DNA of 64,000 nucleotides from positions 1 through 64,000 of the forward strand of contig NW_027437442.1 in assembly GCF_964204645.1 (NCBI RefSeq). Direction: 5' to 3'. Source of the stretch: Tubulanus polymorphus. Lineage: Eukaryota; Animalia; Nemertea. The notes beneath the pieces are model-generated. The model was not told the DNA's origin. It searched no databases and saw nothing but the letters and a program-made list of their open reading frames with translations. Every line of letters begins with the position of its first letter. The first letter of the stretch is position 1. Shown in pieces: positions 24,789 to 39,781 of the stretch. A program made the position numbers and the translations under genes.

Positions 24789-27286
24789 TCAATAGTTCTC
24801 GAACGTTGTTTTTTTAAATCTAGCAACTAGGGATCCAATGCTTGGAGCTTTACAAAGATGATCAATTGAATTTTGCCAAAGTATAGGAACTTTGGCTAAA
24901 AAGGATTCGTGGAAAATTTTAGTTGTATGAAAGTTAACTGCAGCTTTATTTCTGTTTCTAGTGTTGTAGTAATGAAATTGAGAATTAGTGTTGAACTGAT
25001 TATAAATAAGTAATGGAAGTTTTTTGTGATAATGTAGGAAACCAAATTTTAACAATTCTAACTTAATAAGATCTTGCATTTTTAGAATTTTGAATCTTTT
25101 GAATAACGGCCCAGTAGGGGAATTATATGGAGCATTAGCGATTAATCGTACTGCTTTTTTCTGTATTAAGAATATATCCTTTACTTGTTTTGCAGATAAG
25201 AGTGGGCCCCAAACTATTAAAGCATAATTTAAATGACTGTGTATATATGAGTAATAAATCATTTTTTTTCAGTGAACTTTTTTAACGCTCTTAAGCAAAA
25301 ATACACTCCTATTCATTTTATTTATTAGTTGTGTGACATGTAAATCACAGTGCAGGTTTGTATCAATGTTAAGTCCTAAAAATTTGCAATCTGTTGAAAG
25401 TTTCAGTTTATTGTTAGCAATCTGTATAACTACATTATCTATATCAACCTGGTGTCTTCGAGGCTTGAATAATAAACATTTGGTTTTTTTCTAAATTGGG
25501 CGTCAACTGGTTGGCATGAAACCAAGTCACAAGAAGTTTTAAGTCACTTGCAGCACTTTCTAAGAGTCGAGTTATATTTTGGTCAAACGTAAGTAGATTA
25601 GTGTCATCAGCAAACGATATAGCTTTGGAGTGTTTAAGATTGAGACTTAGGTCATTAACATAGACAAGAAAAAGTAACGGTCCAAGGACCGAACCTTGAG
25701 GTACACCATATTTAATTTCTTTGAAGTTAGAGTTGGTATTATTATAATTAACATACATTTTACGGTTACTAAGGTAGCTACTTAACCAGTTATATGCATG
25801 TCCTTTTATGCCATAGTGGTTTAATTTATACAAAAGGGTATTAATATTTAACGAATCGAAGGCCTTAGATAAATCAAGACATATACCTAAGGAGTATTTC
25901 TTTTTTTCTATATTAGTTATTAAATTGCCAACAAAGTCTCCGATTGCATAGGTGGTGTTATGATTTGGTCTAAAACCATACTGACTAAGATTCAGAATTG
26001 TATGTGTACATAAGAAATTATAGAGTCGTTTGTGTATAAGTTTTTCTAAGATCTTAGAAAGAACTGGTAATAATGATATGGGGCGGTAATTATTTAAGAT
26101 TTGCTTGTTGCCGGATTTATGAAGCGGTATAACCTTAGCAATTTTCATTTTTTCAGGAAAAATGCCTTCACTAAGCGATTTGTTACAAAGTATGGTAAGG
26201 GGTTTAATTATAGATGGAGCAATTAGTTTCAACAATTTATTATTAAGAATGTCCGGACCTGTACTTCGTTTTGGTGATAGGCTATTAATAACTTTAAATA
26301 TTTCTTCACTGTTTGTTGGGTTAATGAACATCACGCTTTCATTTTTCTTCGGCAAAAGGTCCTTAAATGTTTTGTTTGATACAGGGATTTGTTCAGCATA
26401 TCGTTTACCTATTTATGAAAAAAAAGTTATTAAATTCGTGACATATTTCGAAGTTATCCTTGGTTGCTTTACCATTTAAAATTAAGTTTGTTGTAATAGA
26501 TGTCTTATCATTTGTCTTACCAATCAGATTTTTAATTAGTTTCCAAATTTTCCGGCTATTTGTTCCAATCGATTCAATTTTCTGTTTGTAGTAATTTATC
26601 TTTTGTCTTCTCCTTATATAATCTAGTTGATTTCTATATGTTATGTAGGTTTTATAGCGTTGATCAGATCGGTCTAGGTTCATAACCTTTTTAAACAGCT
26701 TATTACATTTCATTGATGCTTTTAAAAGTAAATCAGTCATCCAAGGTTCCGTGATTTTAGTTTTCCTTTTGACCTTTTTTTCAGGAGAGATTTGATTAAT
26801 TACATCTGATATTTTAGAACTCATTGCATTATAATAATTATTAGTGTCGAAATTATCTAGTGAGGACCAATCTATATTTGAGAGGTGATTGTTAATTAAG
26901 TTTATATTTTCAGTATTGACGTTGCGTGTAGTATATTCATTTGTAATTCTACCTTTGAATTTAGTAGATACAAAACACGGCAAATGATCAGATATGTCTG
27001 ATATTAAAATGGCACTCGTATGAGTTGAATGCAATTTAGGTGATAAGTATATGTTGTCAATAAGGGTGGCAGTGGACTGTATAATCCGCGTTGGACGCAA
27101 CATAGTTGGACATAAATTGTTAGATAAATTAATATCTAAAAATTTAGAGGTATTCTTATGAATATTAACCTTTATGAAATCTAAGTTTTTATCCATTCCT
27201 AAAACTACCTCACATTTTTCCTGCTCAATTTTACTCACTAGTTCTTCATATTTTTGTAGGAATAATTTTTCATCACTATTAGGCAC
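24789..27286 (-). pseudogene. LINE ORF2 (partial APE endonuclease plus reverse transcriptase), frameshifted
   Basis: PTRI...TLIDNIY, ISDHLP (APE C-terminal half); NYRPISLLPVLSKILEK, QYGFR, LDLSKAFD, GVPQGSVLGPLLFLVYVND, FADDT. Split into three ORFs; N-terminal APE half absent. Confidence 0.93.
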
Positions 27287-27584
27287 TAGTAGCCGTAGGC
27301 AATAGTAGCCGTAGCTGTACTACTAACTGGAAGATCTAATTAACTAATTAATCATTTTAGCATGGATGGTACTATATTGATAGGTGACACAAGAGTTATG
27401 CCATAAAAGGATACAAAAAAATCGTGTAGGATTACAGAAGGTCATAAGACTATTGAGGACAGATACAAAAGAGTACATGGCGATCCTTGAGAAATCAGAT
27501 TACTGTAGTGTCAATACACAATGATGTCTAAATTAATGTTCTAAGTAAAGTCAAAAAGGTCTACTCTAGTTTTCTTGCCGTCTT

Positions 27585-28433
27585 TTACTCCAATAACATT
27601 TCCATGCGATACGAGTCATAAAGTCCACTTTTAGAAGCATCTATACGTAATTTTGAAATTTCTGCTGCGAGATCCTCTTGAATTACAAATCCGGTGCCTT
27701 TAAGGCTTTTCCTGTAAGACAGGACTCTATCACGGACTGATCTATCTTTAAACCTCACTATAATTCCTGGTGTTTTGTTAGAGGTCGTGTTCTGTCGAAG
27801 TCGATGCGCCACTTCAATGTTACCTATGGTTACTTTCTCACTTTTCGGTTTCTTTAGAATTTTAATCACCTTGTCCATCACAATCTCAGCGCAGTTCTCA
27901 TCTTGTGTGACACTAGGTAGCGACGGTCCGTAGAAACGCAGATTATTACGTCGAGAGTACTGATTGTTTGCGACTGTTGCTCGTTTCAAATCCTTGATAC
28001 ATCCTTTTAGTTCCAGATTCTCCTTTTCTAACGATTTACATCTTTCATCATAACCGTTGATCTTTTCATCATAACTATTAATGGTATCTTTCATGACATT
28101 AATCTCGTTTTTTAAAGCTTGAACCTCTCCTCCTAACATCTGTTTAAAGTCATCTAATAATTCCTTTTTGAATTTGTCCATGTAAAATTCAAGGAAGTCC
28201 CGTGTAAGATCTCCGGACTGGCTAGATGTTGATGATCCAACACGAGGTCTTTTGGGGTTTCGCGAGTTATCAGTCGTTGACACACTTGGTAATGGAGTTA
28301 GGGCATAAGAAAACACGTCTGCATTATCTGAATTATCCGAAATAGGGTTAGGATTGTTACAATCGGGCATTGCCACTTCGTGATTTTCACTTTCTGGCAT
28401 TTTGAAGTCCTGAATACTCATTAGTATATTCAC
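27585..28433 (-). CDS. LINE ORF1 (coiled coil plus RRM-like domain)
   Basis: Coiled coil followed by NQYSRRNNLRFYG, IEVAHRL, PGIIVRF, VIQEDL, typical of L2/CR1 ORF1; lies upstream of ORF2. Confidence 0.85.
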   Translation of the reverse strand: MNILMSIQDFKMPESENHEVAMPDCNNPNPISDNSDNADVFSYALTPLPSVSTTDNSRNPKRPRVGSSTSSQSGDLTRDFLEFYMDKFKKELLDDFKQMLGGEVQALKNEINVMKDTINSYDEKINGYDERCKSLEKENLELKGCIKDLKRATVANNQYSRRNNLRFYGPSLPSVTQDENCAEIVMDKVIKILKKPKSEKVTIGNIEVAHRLRQNTTSNKTPGIIVRFKDRSVRDRVLSYRKSLKGTGFVIQEDLAAEISKLRIDASKSGLYDSYRMEMLLE

Positions 28434-28975
28434 TCTGAGTATACACTCCGATTATGGTTCACTGGTCACAATCACAATCCTTAACGTTGGTACTTCCTAC
28501 CACATAATTCACATATAGTTCACATAGCCTATAAGTGGTTGACCTTGAACTTAATCCATGAAGAAATTTACACAGATTGAGTTTTTTAACCGTAGCAAAT
28601 AGTCACCTTTGAAATGATTTTCTAAGACATCATCAGATCTTCATAGTCTTTGAATACTCATAAGACAATTAGTCCACAGTATACATGAAGACAGCCACTT
28701 ATAACACCAAAAATCCTTACTTTAATCACTTTAATATTAAGTATTTGAAACGTATAGCCTGACCTCTAGAATACGCAAACAAGTCAAACATGGTACTCAA
28801 GTAAATCCCATAGCGCGTCTGAATGGTGGCTAATTCTCCCTTCAATTGAAAATAGGTTTCGGCATAAAATAACTTGTAAGTTGTTTTAGTTGTTCTCTCG
28901 ACCTTTCAGGTTGAGCTAAAGGCAAAGCGTAGGGACGTTGCGATTTCCCTAAAACATTGTATAAATTGTACCTAC

Positions 28976-29151
28976 CAGGTGAAATTATGTCCCCAGAGTA
29001 CGAGGCTACCGTTTGCAATTTGAACTCGTTGGAAAGGTTTGATGCCGGGATAACCAAGCGATCGGCTATCCATCGGATGACTCAGGTCAATTACATCGTC
29101 ACTACTGATAATCGGTTTTGACCGTACTAGTGTCAGAACACTCAATGAAAC
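28976..29151 (-). CDS. Cyclase-family hydrolase, exon 2
   Basis: TTTTCAG|VSLSVLTLVRSKPIISSDDVIDLSHPMDSRSLGYPG...FT(W)|GTAGGT; VIDLSHP is the family N-terminal motif. Confidence 0.88.
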
Positions 29152-29828
29152 CTGAAAACACATGTAGAGCGTTGATATAGATTCAAATGATGAGTAGTTA
29201 TTCCAGCGGTGATTTAATTTTTGTTTTAACCCATTTCTCAGTTTATTTAAAGCGTATTGAATTTATATCTTGTATTCTTGATGTATTCTCGTAAATCATA
29301 ATTCATGCAGTCCAATAAACAACCAATACTAAATACATAAAAGGTTTCTTGTAACGATTCTCTATATTCCGATAATTCTAATCCGTCAATAAAAATTCGG
29401 CTATATAGGAAGGAAGGAGTCAACAATATGCTGGATATGTGAATCCGTAAGCATTAGCACGTAACGTACTTATGTACCAAGTTTAGTCAAAATGGTTTTG
29501 AGGATACCGAAAATACGGAGCCAGCTTTCATTGTCCCCTAAAGCAGTTGCAAAATCATGATCGTTGGTATATTGCAATTCCAACTTCGAAACGTATACCT
29601 TATGGATGTTAATTAATTTCAACGGGCATTATTTTCGCATTTCATCAAACATTCTGTTCATCTTTGAGGAATATCTGTCTTATCAAGAATTCAATCTCAT
29701 TCTGGGTTGATGCGCTTAACAAAGTAACCGAGATTAGAGTTAATTCGATTTAAGAAATGAAATGTTTTATTGAAATATTTGAATCCGTGTATAAATCGAT
29801 TCGGAATTACGGTTTTAGTAACGGCGTA

Positions 29829-31390
<1,562 letters not shown>

Positions 31391-32033
31391 CGTATCCCTA
31401 TTTTACAACACCTCCAAAAACCAACAGGTGACCCCTCATTTCACCCACGAAAAAGGAACAAATAACCGTTACGTGTCCCCGATTCGACTTCACAGTTTGT
31501 ACTGGTTCCTGGTTCGACTTTTTTATTTCAATGCTTTTTCGCCTCTATCTCCACCGATTCAGCATTATGGTTTTATAACGGCGTATTCCCTCGTGCGAAT
31601 ACCTCCATAAAAACAAACAGGCGACCTCTCCTTTCCTCTCCTCGATGCCTATTACTTTTTCAGAATTTACCCACGAATAAAGAATTAGCTCCCTTATACC
31701 CCGAGAGCTGATAACGAAGATGGCTCGTCACTCTATTTTCCAGTCTATCCATCTAAAAATGCATCCTGCCTCATGAAATTTCTCAACAGCGTCCACAGCC
31801 GTTTTTTATTTTCTGGCTCTCTTCGATTTTTGAGTGCCTCGCGGAAGGCGTGTGAGGCACCTTGGACCCGGCTTAGGTTTGTAACGCGTCGCAATGTTGA
31901 AGTTGCATTATCCGAGTCTCCGTCCAAAATCTCCGGTTTGGTTTTCAATTCTAAAGCCCCCTTTTCGGTGGTCTAAGTTCCACTTAATATTAGTGTTGTG
32001 ATCAATTTCATTACGTAAAAGAAAATTACGTAC

Positions 32034-32063
32034 AGCTAAAGTAGGTGAAATGAAAGCGTTCAT
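32034..32063 (-). CDS. Cyclase-family hydrolase, exon 1 (start of signal peptide)
   Basis: ATG in context AATCATG; MNAFISPTLA|GTACGT, phase 0; joins exon 2 to give signal peptide MNAFISPTLAVSLSVLTLVRS. Spliced CDS is 891 nt (296 aa plus stop). Confidence 0.65.
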
Positions 32064-33027
32064 GATTTGACCTTTGCGTTATATACAATAAGTAATTTTT
32101 CTTACAAGCAATATATGGCCATATAGGTATGTAAAGCAGACTTTCTGTCACCCGCTCAATCTAAAACGCGCCGCTATATGGTAATGTATATTATGTTGTG
32201 ATAATTTGCGTCTCGTTTATAGGTGGTAAAATCTGAATTCGAATGACCTTTTCCCTTGTCTTTGCCGTCAAAGATTGGAGTTATTAGAAAAACAAGACCA
32301 CTTTTTCGATTTTCGAAATACTGTGAATTTGGCTTGAGTCAGATAATTTGGAAAAAAGTAGTTGCGGAAAACGAGACCCCTCCACATACGGTAATTCACT
32401 AATAACACTAATAGATTGGTGAAACCTTACCAAACTGACCGCTAAAGCTTCGCCAAGATGCATTTTCAGCTTAGAATCTAGTTCCACTGTAGCACAGACG
32501 TCAGGGCGTTTTTATTTGTTGGTATACGCGTGCACATTACATCGCACAATAAAGTGCAGGCACGCGCAATAAAACCTGTCTTGTGATTTCAATCACCCCC
32601 AGTTACCTTAGATTTGTGACTGTATTTTTGTGTATGAGGGCCACATGTGCGAAATTCATTAAAAAACAGGTCAGTCCAAAATATTTCGAATACTAAGGCC
32701 CTTCAATATTGATACCTTGTTTCTCGTCCAAACCTCTCTTCTAAACATGACGAGGGCGGGCGAATTTTTTGTTTATGTACTTTTTTAAAATAAAAAAGGG
32801 GAAATAAACTCGTATTTCCATATTTTCCAAGGAGACGAGGGCGGGAGGTTTTTCTTTTTAAATAGAAAAAAAATATTCCTTTTATAATACTTATGTGAGA
32901 CGAGGACGGGAGTTTTTTTCTTTTTAGAGACCAGATCCATAGGAAGTCAAATGCACAAGACCAAGAATGTACATTTAGCTCATTTTCTTTTATTCAAAAC
33001 ACCTAAACTACAAAATTTTAAACAAAT

Positions 33028-36000
33028 GAAAGGCTGAATCCAAGAACATGTCTATCTCACTTTTGAGCCCAAACGTCTACTTTTACTTAGTAGCCACTTG
33101 AGAACAATAAGCAATTAACGATATCAGCTACTTTTCCAGTAGTATACATTTCAAAACAGTCACTCTGGAATAGTATTCCTTTCAATTCGGTTGGTTTTCT
33201 ATAGTGGCTGTTTCGAAGAGTCTACTATTGAAAAGTGACCATTTTGAAACATCTGGTTTCGATAGTGCACACTAGCAGTAGAGGTGACTGTAAAACCACC
33301 CGCCTGTTAACAGCGACTTATTGATAGTAACTCCTACCATAGCAACTACTCTCAAAACACATCTTTTCTAAAAGTCAACTATTGAAAAGTGACTATTTTG
33401 AGATCGCTTGCCAGATTCCCTGTTATAAATACACTGTAGCAACATATGCTTCAGATTTGCAGTGATACGTGACAATATAAACATACTGAGAAACTCTACT
33501 CACGCTATAGTTTGGGGTATAGTTCTATTAAAGAGTGACTCAGTTGAGATCTGAAGATATTGTAGATACTATCTTTGAGGATGTGAAATGTAATGAGCGA
33601 TTCCCAACTCTCAATTGGAGTTAAATTTGTTTACAAATTGTCAATAGTTATGTAGTTTTAAGATAAATCAAAATTTCCTTCTTTTCATGGCGATGTAATT
33701 GAATAAAGAATTCAATTTGAACAAATGCAGCTATTTTCAAGCATAGGTCTGCATTTATTTTTGATTTAAATTCTTAGATTAAAAGCGCAAAAATTCAGGC
33801 TAACCTCTCATTAGTGAAATGGTGGTTTATCTTCAACGGGGGCCTGGATGTCGTTGCATCTTAGATTAAGATGTGCATTTCGGAGTGTTCGAATTTCCCT
33901 GAATTCTAATTTTGCGAAATCATTGATTTTTTTCAAACAAAATATACTATATCCATGTGGATTTTTAACATTCTAAAGAAATCATCTAAATTGTGCCCAT
34001 ATTTGATCGAATTTAATAGAAGAAACTTTGTATGGTATTCAAGATTTCATTTGGATTACGGTAACGGCCTTTGGTGATCGTCGCTGGGGTCATGAATGAA
34101 GAAATCCCGTAATAGAATTTTAAATATGATAGAATTTGTTAAGGTGAAACCGCAACGTTTTGACTGTAGACTAACAGCCATCATGAGGTGGAATGTAGAC
34201 ATTCCTAGTGATAAGGGCTTTTAGTAAGATGGCTGTCAGTCAACAGCTGAAACGTTGTGGTTTAACTATAATAAATTTTATGATACAAAATTCTATTGTG
34301 GAATTTCTTCATTTGTCCACAGTTAACACGCTTTAGAGTATTTTATTCGACTTCTTCGGGTCCTGTAGCCGTTTAGATCGAAAATTATTTACCAATCGGC
34401 AAAGAAGGGATATAAAACCGTGTTGGTCGCTATGAGAGGGATTCCCTGTATATCTGCACCTTAAACCGGTACCTTTGTTAGTTCTAGCCCACATTCACTT
34501 CCAAATTCAAGTATTGGTAACGTTGGTTTACGATAATTTGAGAAAAAGAGTTTAGTTGGAGAAAACTGATAATTCAGTTAATGAGTTAACTGATAATCTT
34601 ATAATTCAGCGATCATTGGTTCATCGATTCAGCGAAGTTCAAACACCGTACATTTTGGCATGTTATTGTATTGGCACCTTGAAATAAAGTTTCATAGAGA
34701 TATTGCGGTGCTAAGTTTATCAATATTAAGAGGTAATTACTTTTGGTTTGTGGTCTTTTGGTGGCCAATGCAGTTTGTTCATTCGTTCATCAATCACTGT
34801 CTAGTTAGCCAGTGTAATTGACCTGCTGACCGATAGCTGCTGCTGGGTTTTTGATAACCTATATAAACAATTTACTCAACAAAGTGGGAAAGTATGTGAA
34901 ACTAGAATTACAGCATATTGCATTTCTTTCACATCTTAAGCCAAAAGAAGTTTTCTCTATCAAATGAAATTGCTGACTTCAAAATTACGTGAACATCTCA
35001 ACACTGCACTTTTATACGCTAATCGTTTGATCTTTTATAATAAGTTGGTAATTTCATTTCAACCAAACTGTATAACTACGAAATAAGATTTTGATTATGG
35101 TATCATTTCTAGCAAGCGATAAAATGATTCAATATTCATTAACGAACAAGCAGAGAACAGCGTGACAAAATGAATATCAAATAGATTATTTAAAAATCGT
35201 TTGTATCGATATAAACAATTAATTCAAGGTTAATTCTAAGTATTTTAGATACATTTTTTTCGTAATTCATTTTTTGAACATATGATTTTATTTGTATATT
35301 CCTCTCTCATATACCCTTAAAAACAAATTAAGCCTAAAAGACACATTTATTTTTTTGTCTTGTCTTACTTTTCTACAAAATCAAAGATTTATGAACGCAC
35401 CAGAATGTTTTATAATCGCAAATGTAAAGAATTCTAGGACTGGCACTATATTTTAGTATTAATGGATTTAATCCGTGATGATGTTATATGAATGAATAGT
35501 TTTCCATTTTGTTGAGCGTAATATAATTTAGGGGATTCTTAGCATCTCAAAAACTTTGATTTTCTATTCACAGAACTGTATTCAAAGCATACAGAGTTCT
35601 GTACACAAAGCACCTAGGGTTTAACAGTACCTTTGAACCTGTCACGTATCACTGCAAATCTTTAACAGATGCTGCTATTTTGAACAGGAAATAACCATGC
35701 CATCTCAAAATGGTCACTTTTCAATAGTTGACTTTTAGAAACGATGTGTTTTGAGAGTAGCTGCTATGGTAGGAGTTACTATCACTAAGTCACTGTTAAC
35801 AGGCGGGTGGTTTTACAGTCACCTCTACTGCTAGTGTGCACTATCGAAACCAGATGTTTCAAAATGGTCACTTTTCAATAGTAGACTCTTCGAAACAGCC
35901 ACTATAGAAAACCAACTGAATTGAAAGGAATACTATTTCAGAGTGACTGTTTTGAAATGTATACTACTGGAAAAGTAGCTGATATCGTTAATTGCTTATT

Positions 36001-36078
36001 GTTCTCAAGTGGCTACTAAGTAAAAGTAGACGTTTGGGCTCAAAAGTGAGATAGACATGTTCTTGGATTCAGCCTTTC
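33028..36078. mobile_element. Non-autonomous DNA transposon with ~440-bp TIRs (Sola-like by its 4-bp AWWT TSD)
   Basis: 33028-33474 is the near-identical reverse complement of 35640-36078 (GAAAGGCTGAATCCAAG...CTTGGATTCAGCCTTTC); AAAT flanks both ends; no transposase ORF inside. Confidence 0.88.
34095..34313. repeat. Palindromic insert made of two inverted Penelope-pLTR-like arms
   Basis: AATGAAGAAAT...AATAGAATTTT...CAACGTTT...ACAGCCATC pairs with GATGGCTGT...AAACGTTG...AAAATTCTATT...ATTTCTTCATT. Confidence 0.7.
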
Positions 36079-36539
36079 AAATGCAGTATAAAAAGGCATT
36101 TGATCTCTAGGGTCACATGCCCAATCATTTTGTGAATTTCTGGGAATGTCATCGTTATCGTCATGAATATTTCTGTTGTAGAAATCTTGTTGTAGCTTTC
36201 TCAAGCGTTCACCCCGTTCGAAATCATGGCACTCTGTCAGTAAATATACAACGGCCTCTTCGACAGTGTGCTCCGGTTTTAGATTAACGATTGTCCACTC
36301 GAGGAATGACGTTTTATCACACTTGATTTCCACAGAAAACAACATTTTTCATCTCATGATTTTTTGAAAGCAGGAAGTGACTAAAGTTTGAATAAAAGTT
36401 AGATCGAGAAACTAATGTTGACTACGGGTAACAGTGTGTTTTACCAAACTAAACAAACCGAACCTGGCATCTGTCGGTACTAACAGTTCTCGTTTTTAAA
36501 CTGTTCTCGGTCTCAAAGTATACGCCATTTCATACGACG

Positions 36540-37730
36540 GACAAGTTTTCATCCATTAGAAACGAGTGGAGAAACTACGGTTCCAATAACATCTACAGCA
36601 TCAACTTCAACATCCCAAACGTCTTTTCCTACGACACCTCCGATGAAAGCTAGTACTGATCCACCAATATCAACGGCATCAACTTCAGGACTATTGACAA
36701 ATATTCTTTCAACTCAACAGACTTTTAGTCAACCAAATTCATTGTCATCATCTCCAAAACAACGGAAAAGTTTTCATCCATCAGAAACGAGTGGAGAAGC
36801 AACTGTTCCAATAACATCAACGGCACCTACTTCAGGGCCATTGCCAAATATTCTTCCAACTCAACAGATTATTAATTTACCAATTTCATTGTCATCATCT
36901 CTTAAACAACAGACAAGTTTTCATCCATCAGAAACGAGTGGAGAAACCACTGTTACAATAACATCAACGGCTTCAACTCCGACATCCCAAACTTCTTTTC
37001 CTTCAACAACTCCGATGAAAACTAGTACTGATCCAGCAAAATCAACGGCATCATCACTAGAACTACGAACAAATAGTCAACCAATATCATGGTCATCAAC
37101 TCCAAAACAACATACAAGTTTTCATCCATCAGGAACGAGTGGAAAAACTACGGTTCCAACATCATCAACGGCATCTACTCCAGAACTGTTGACTAATATT
37201 CTTTTGACACAGCCGAGTATTAGTCAACCAATATCATTGTCAACAACTCCGAAACAACTGACAAGTTTTCATCTATCAACAACGAGTGGAGAAACCACTG
37301 TTACAATAACATCATCGGCTTCAACTCCGACATCCCTAACTTCTTTTCCTCCAACACCTCAGATGAAAACAAGTACTAGTCCATCAATAACAACGCCATC
37401 ATCACCAGGACCACGAACAATAAGTCAACCAATATCATTGTCATCAACTCCAAATCAACAGACAAGTTTTCATCCATCAGAAACGAGTGGAGAAACAACT
37501 GTTCCGACATCATGAACGGCTAGTCTTAGACAACAGAAAACTTATCCGAGTGAAAAACCACAGATGTACGTTCCTCAATTGCCACCTCTTCAATATCTAA
37601 AACTACTAATTCAACGACTACAACAGCTGTTTAACCGCCTCCAAAAACTACAATCCTTTTTCTGGTGAAGAAACTAAATGGGTTATTGTATAATGATGTA
37701 CTTGTTATAGATACTACCAGTGAGATTGAT
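36540..37730 (+). pseudogene. Mucin-like Ser/Thr/Pro-rich repeat exon (paralog 1), apparently disrupted
   Basis: ORF 36643-37515 with recurring TSFHPSETSGETTV units; repeats begin upstream of the ATG and continue past the stop; 3' end is homologous to 44750-44875. Confidence 0.65.
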
Positions 37731-37894
37731 TGTACCGCTGTATTTAGTACATCATCAATAATCGATGACCGAACGCAAGAAAACTCAAATGTTTATTGAC
37801 TGATATCTTGAAAATAATCGTTTTTATTTCCTTCTGTTACGTACGTAGGTTTTATTCAATTTCCTATTGAATCCTTAATTGAAACGTTCACCAG

Positions 37895-38032
37895 GGGCCG
37901 GTTCCATAGTCATGGCTTAGACTTAAGACTAGTCGAAGACTATTTAATTTATATAGCTAATCTTACAGCTTAAGACCAGTCTCCAGATTAAAGACCACTT
38001 TTGGACTTAAGTCTCGACTATGGAACCTACAC
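37895..38032. mobile_element. Short MITE (Harbinger/Tourist-like)
   Basis: TIR core GGTTCCATAGTC / GACTATGGAACC; 3-bp CAG flanks; related degenerate sequence at ~38040-38150 and ~19590-19750. Confidence 0.6.
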
Positions 38033-38985
38033 CAGGGCTCTGGCGTGAATACAATTGGTCTTGACTAATGATCTAAAGTTGTTAGACAGACTTCACAAGA
38101 TATTCTTAGACTGGTCTTGCTCGTAAGCCAGGACTGCGCAACTGGTGCGTGACTATGTAAAATGAACATAATCTACAAGTGAAGCTGTTCTTCTCACGTC
38201 TGTTTTACACTACAATAGCCATGTGTAACTGAAAACTCCGCAAATCGGGATCGACCAGGGGTCGCAAGCGTATATCCATCGAACAATGCTAGGTCAAATT
38301 TCTTAGATTCACATATGACTGGATGACGAATAAATCTCGTATTTATTCAATCTAAAATCCTGTACTGGGAATAAAGAGTCTGAACTGTTTCTTTGAATTA
38401 ATGGTTTGTTTAAAGCTTCTTCTGTGCTCTAATAGTAATCTTTAGGATATGTATGTGCGCTTACAACGGACATGGTGTTAATAAGTAGACAAAGAGAGGA
38501 GAATGTTGAATGAACATCTGCAAAAGAAAAGAAAATGGTGTCAATGGTGTTCTGTCGTTCAGTTATAATTGGCATCACCGAGTTACCAACCCTTTGAAGT
38601 TTGCCACCCATACATCAATCTCCATATTCTTTTGATTATCTAAAATATTTAGACAAAGCTACTTATTCCTTCTGTTAAATGCTTACTATCTATTGTTAAA
38701 AGCGCCTTAACGGAATTTCCGTGAAATGAGTGGAACTTATAGCATAATGGTTGACAAAATTACTGAATCCTTGGTTACAAGAAAAACACGAACAGAGGTA
38801 ACTCTTGAGATGTTTTGTTTGATTGTTTAGAATATCCAAAAAAATCTCATCTCACCCGCCATGGCTCCTGCAAGAATTATGTCGCAGCACATGATGTTTT
38901 GGTCAAACATAAAATTTACTTTCACTCGATGGCTGTGGCCCTCTATTTTATCGGACAGCAATCGATACGGCAGCTTGGAAAATAC

Positions 38986-39781
38986 ATTCTGTATAGTAAC
39001 CTTAACTGCTGGCTGGCTGAAGGACCCAGTTCCAGCGTCTCGATGATAATTCAGCGCCATTCATTGGAAATGAACAACTTTAATTTGGACGAGAAGAACC
39101 TCACTGAAACTTTGTTGAGCACCATTCAGAACTGTTTTATTGACACCAGGGTCCATATTTCGGTCGGAATTGTTACATAAATGGTGTCATTGAATGGAAG
39201 GTAAAAGAATGAGAATAGAAGTATATTTTTGTATACGGGTATTTTTCTCATGGAATCTTGGAAGGACAGCACAATTCAAAACGTGGAAATTGGGACGGCA
39301 CATATTCATTCAAAAATGGAACTGTGTAGAATATTGAATTTTAAACGTACATAACAGATAATAGTATTTTTGAAACGATTGAACGAAGTACTTGAAACCA
39401 AATTAATTGATTTTGTACAATTTTGCAGTATTTCGAGAGGTGGAACTGTGCTAAAAGTGAGTACAAAAGGATATACATTGTTCTTGTAATCAGCACAGCA
39501 GATTCACGTTAGTGTACTAGATTTGTGAAATACTTCTGTTTCGATTTGACAAGTCATGACTTTTGGTTATGCGTGTTTCATGTTAGTAATCTTCTGTGTA
39601 GTAAACTTAACCAGCTGACTGGCTTAAGGACCCAGTTCCTGTTTCTCGATAATAATTCGGCCCTATTCATTGGAAAATGAACAATTTTTATTTGGACGAG
39701 GCAAACCTCACTCGTCTGAAATCTGTGGATCAGCATTCAGAACTGTTCTACTGGCTCCAGGGTTCACATTTCGATCGGAAT
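38986..39781. repeat. Diverged ~190-bp direct repeat pair (38986-39172 and 39591-39781)
   Basis: Shared TTCTGT.TAGTAA.CTTAAC...AGGACCCAGTTCC...ATTCATTGGAAA...TTTGGACGAG...CATTCAGAACTGTT...CCAGGGT.CA.ATTTCG.TCGGAATT. Confidence 0.8.

Larger units (their letters stand above)
24202..28765 (-). mobile_element. Near full-length L2/CR1-group LINE in intron 2 of the cyclase gene
   Basis: ORF1, APE-RT ORF2, 3' UTR with a GC-rich stem and (CATT)n tail; 8-bp TSD CTAGAATA at 24194-24201 and 28766-28773. Confidence 0.92.

Noticed and set aside
36040-36345. 101-aa minus-strand ORF
   Set aside because: No known motif, and its end runs into the TIR of the foldback element; no product can be supported.
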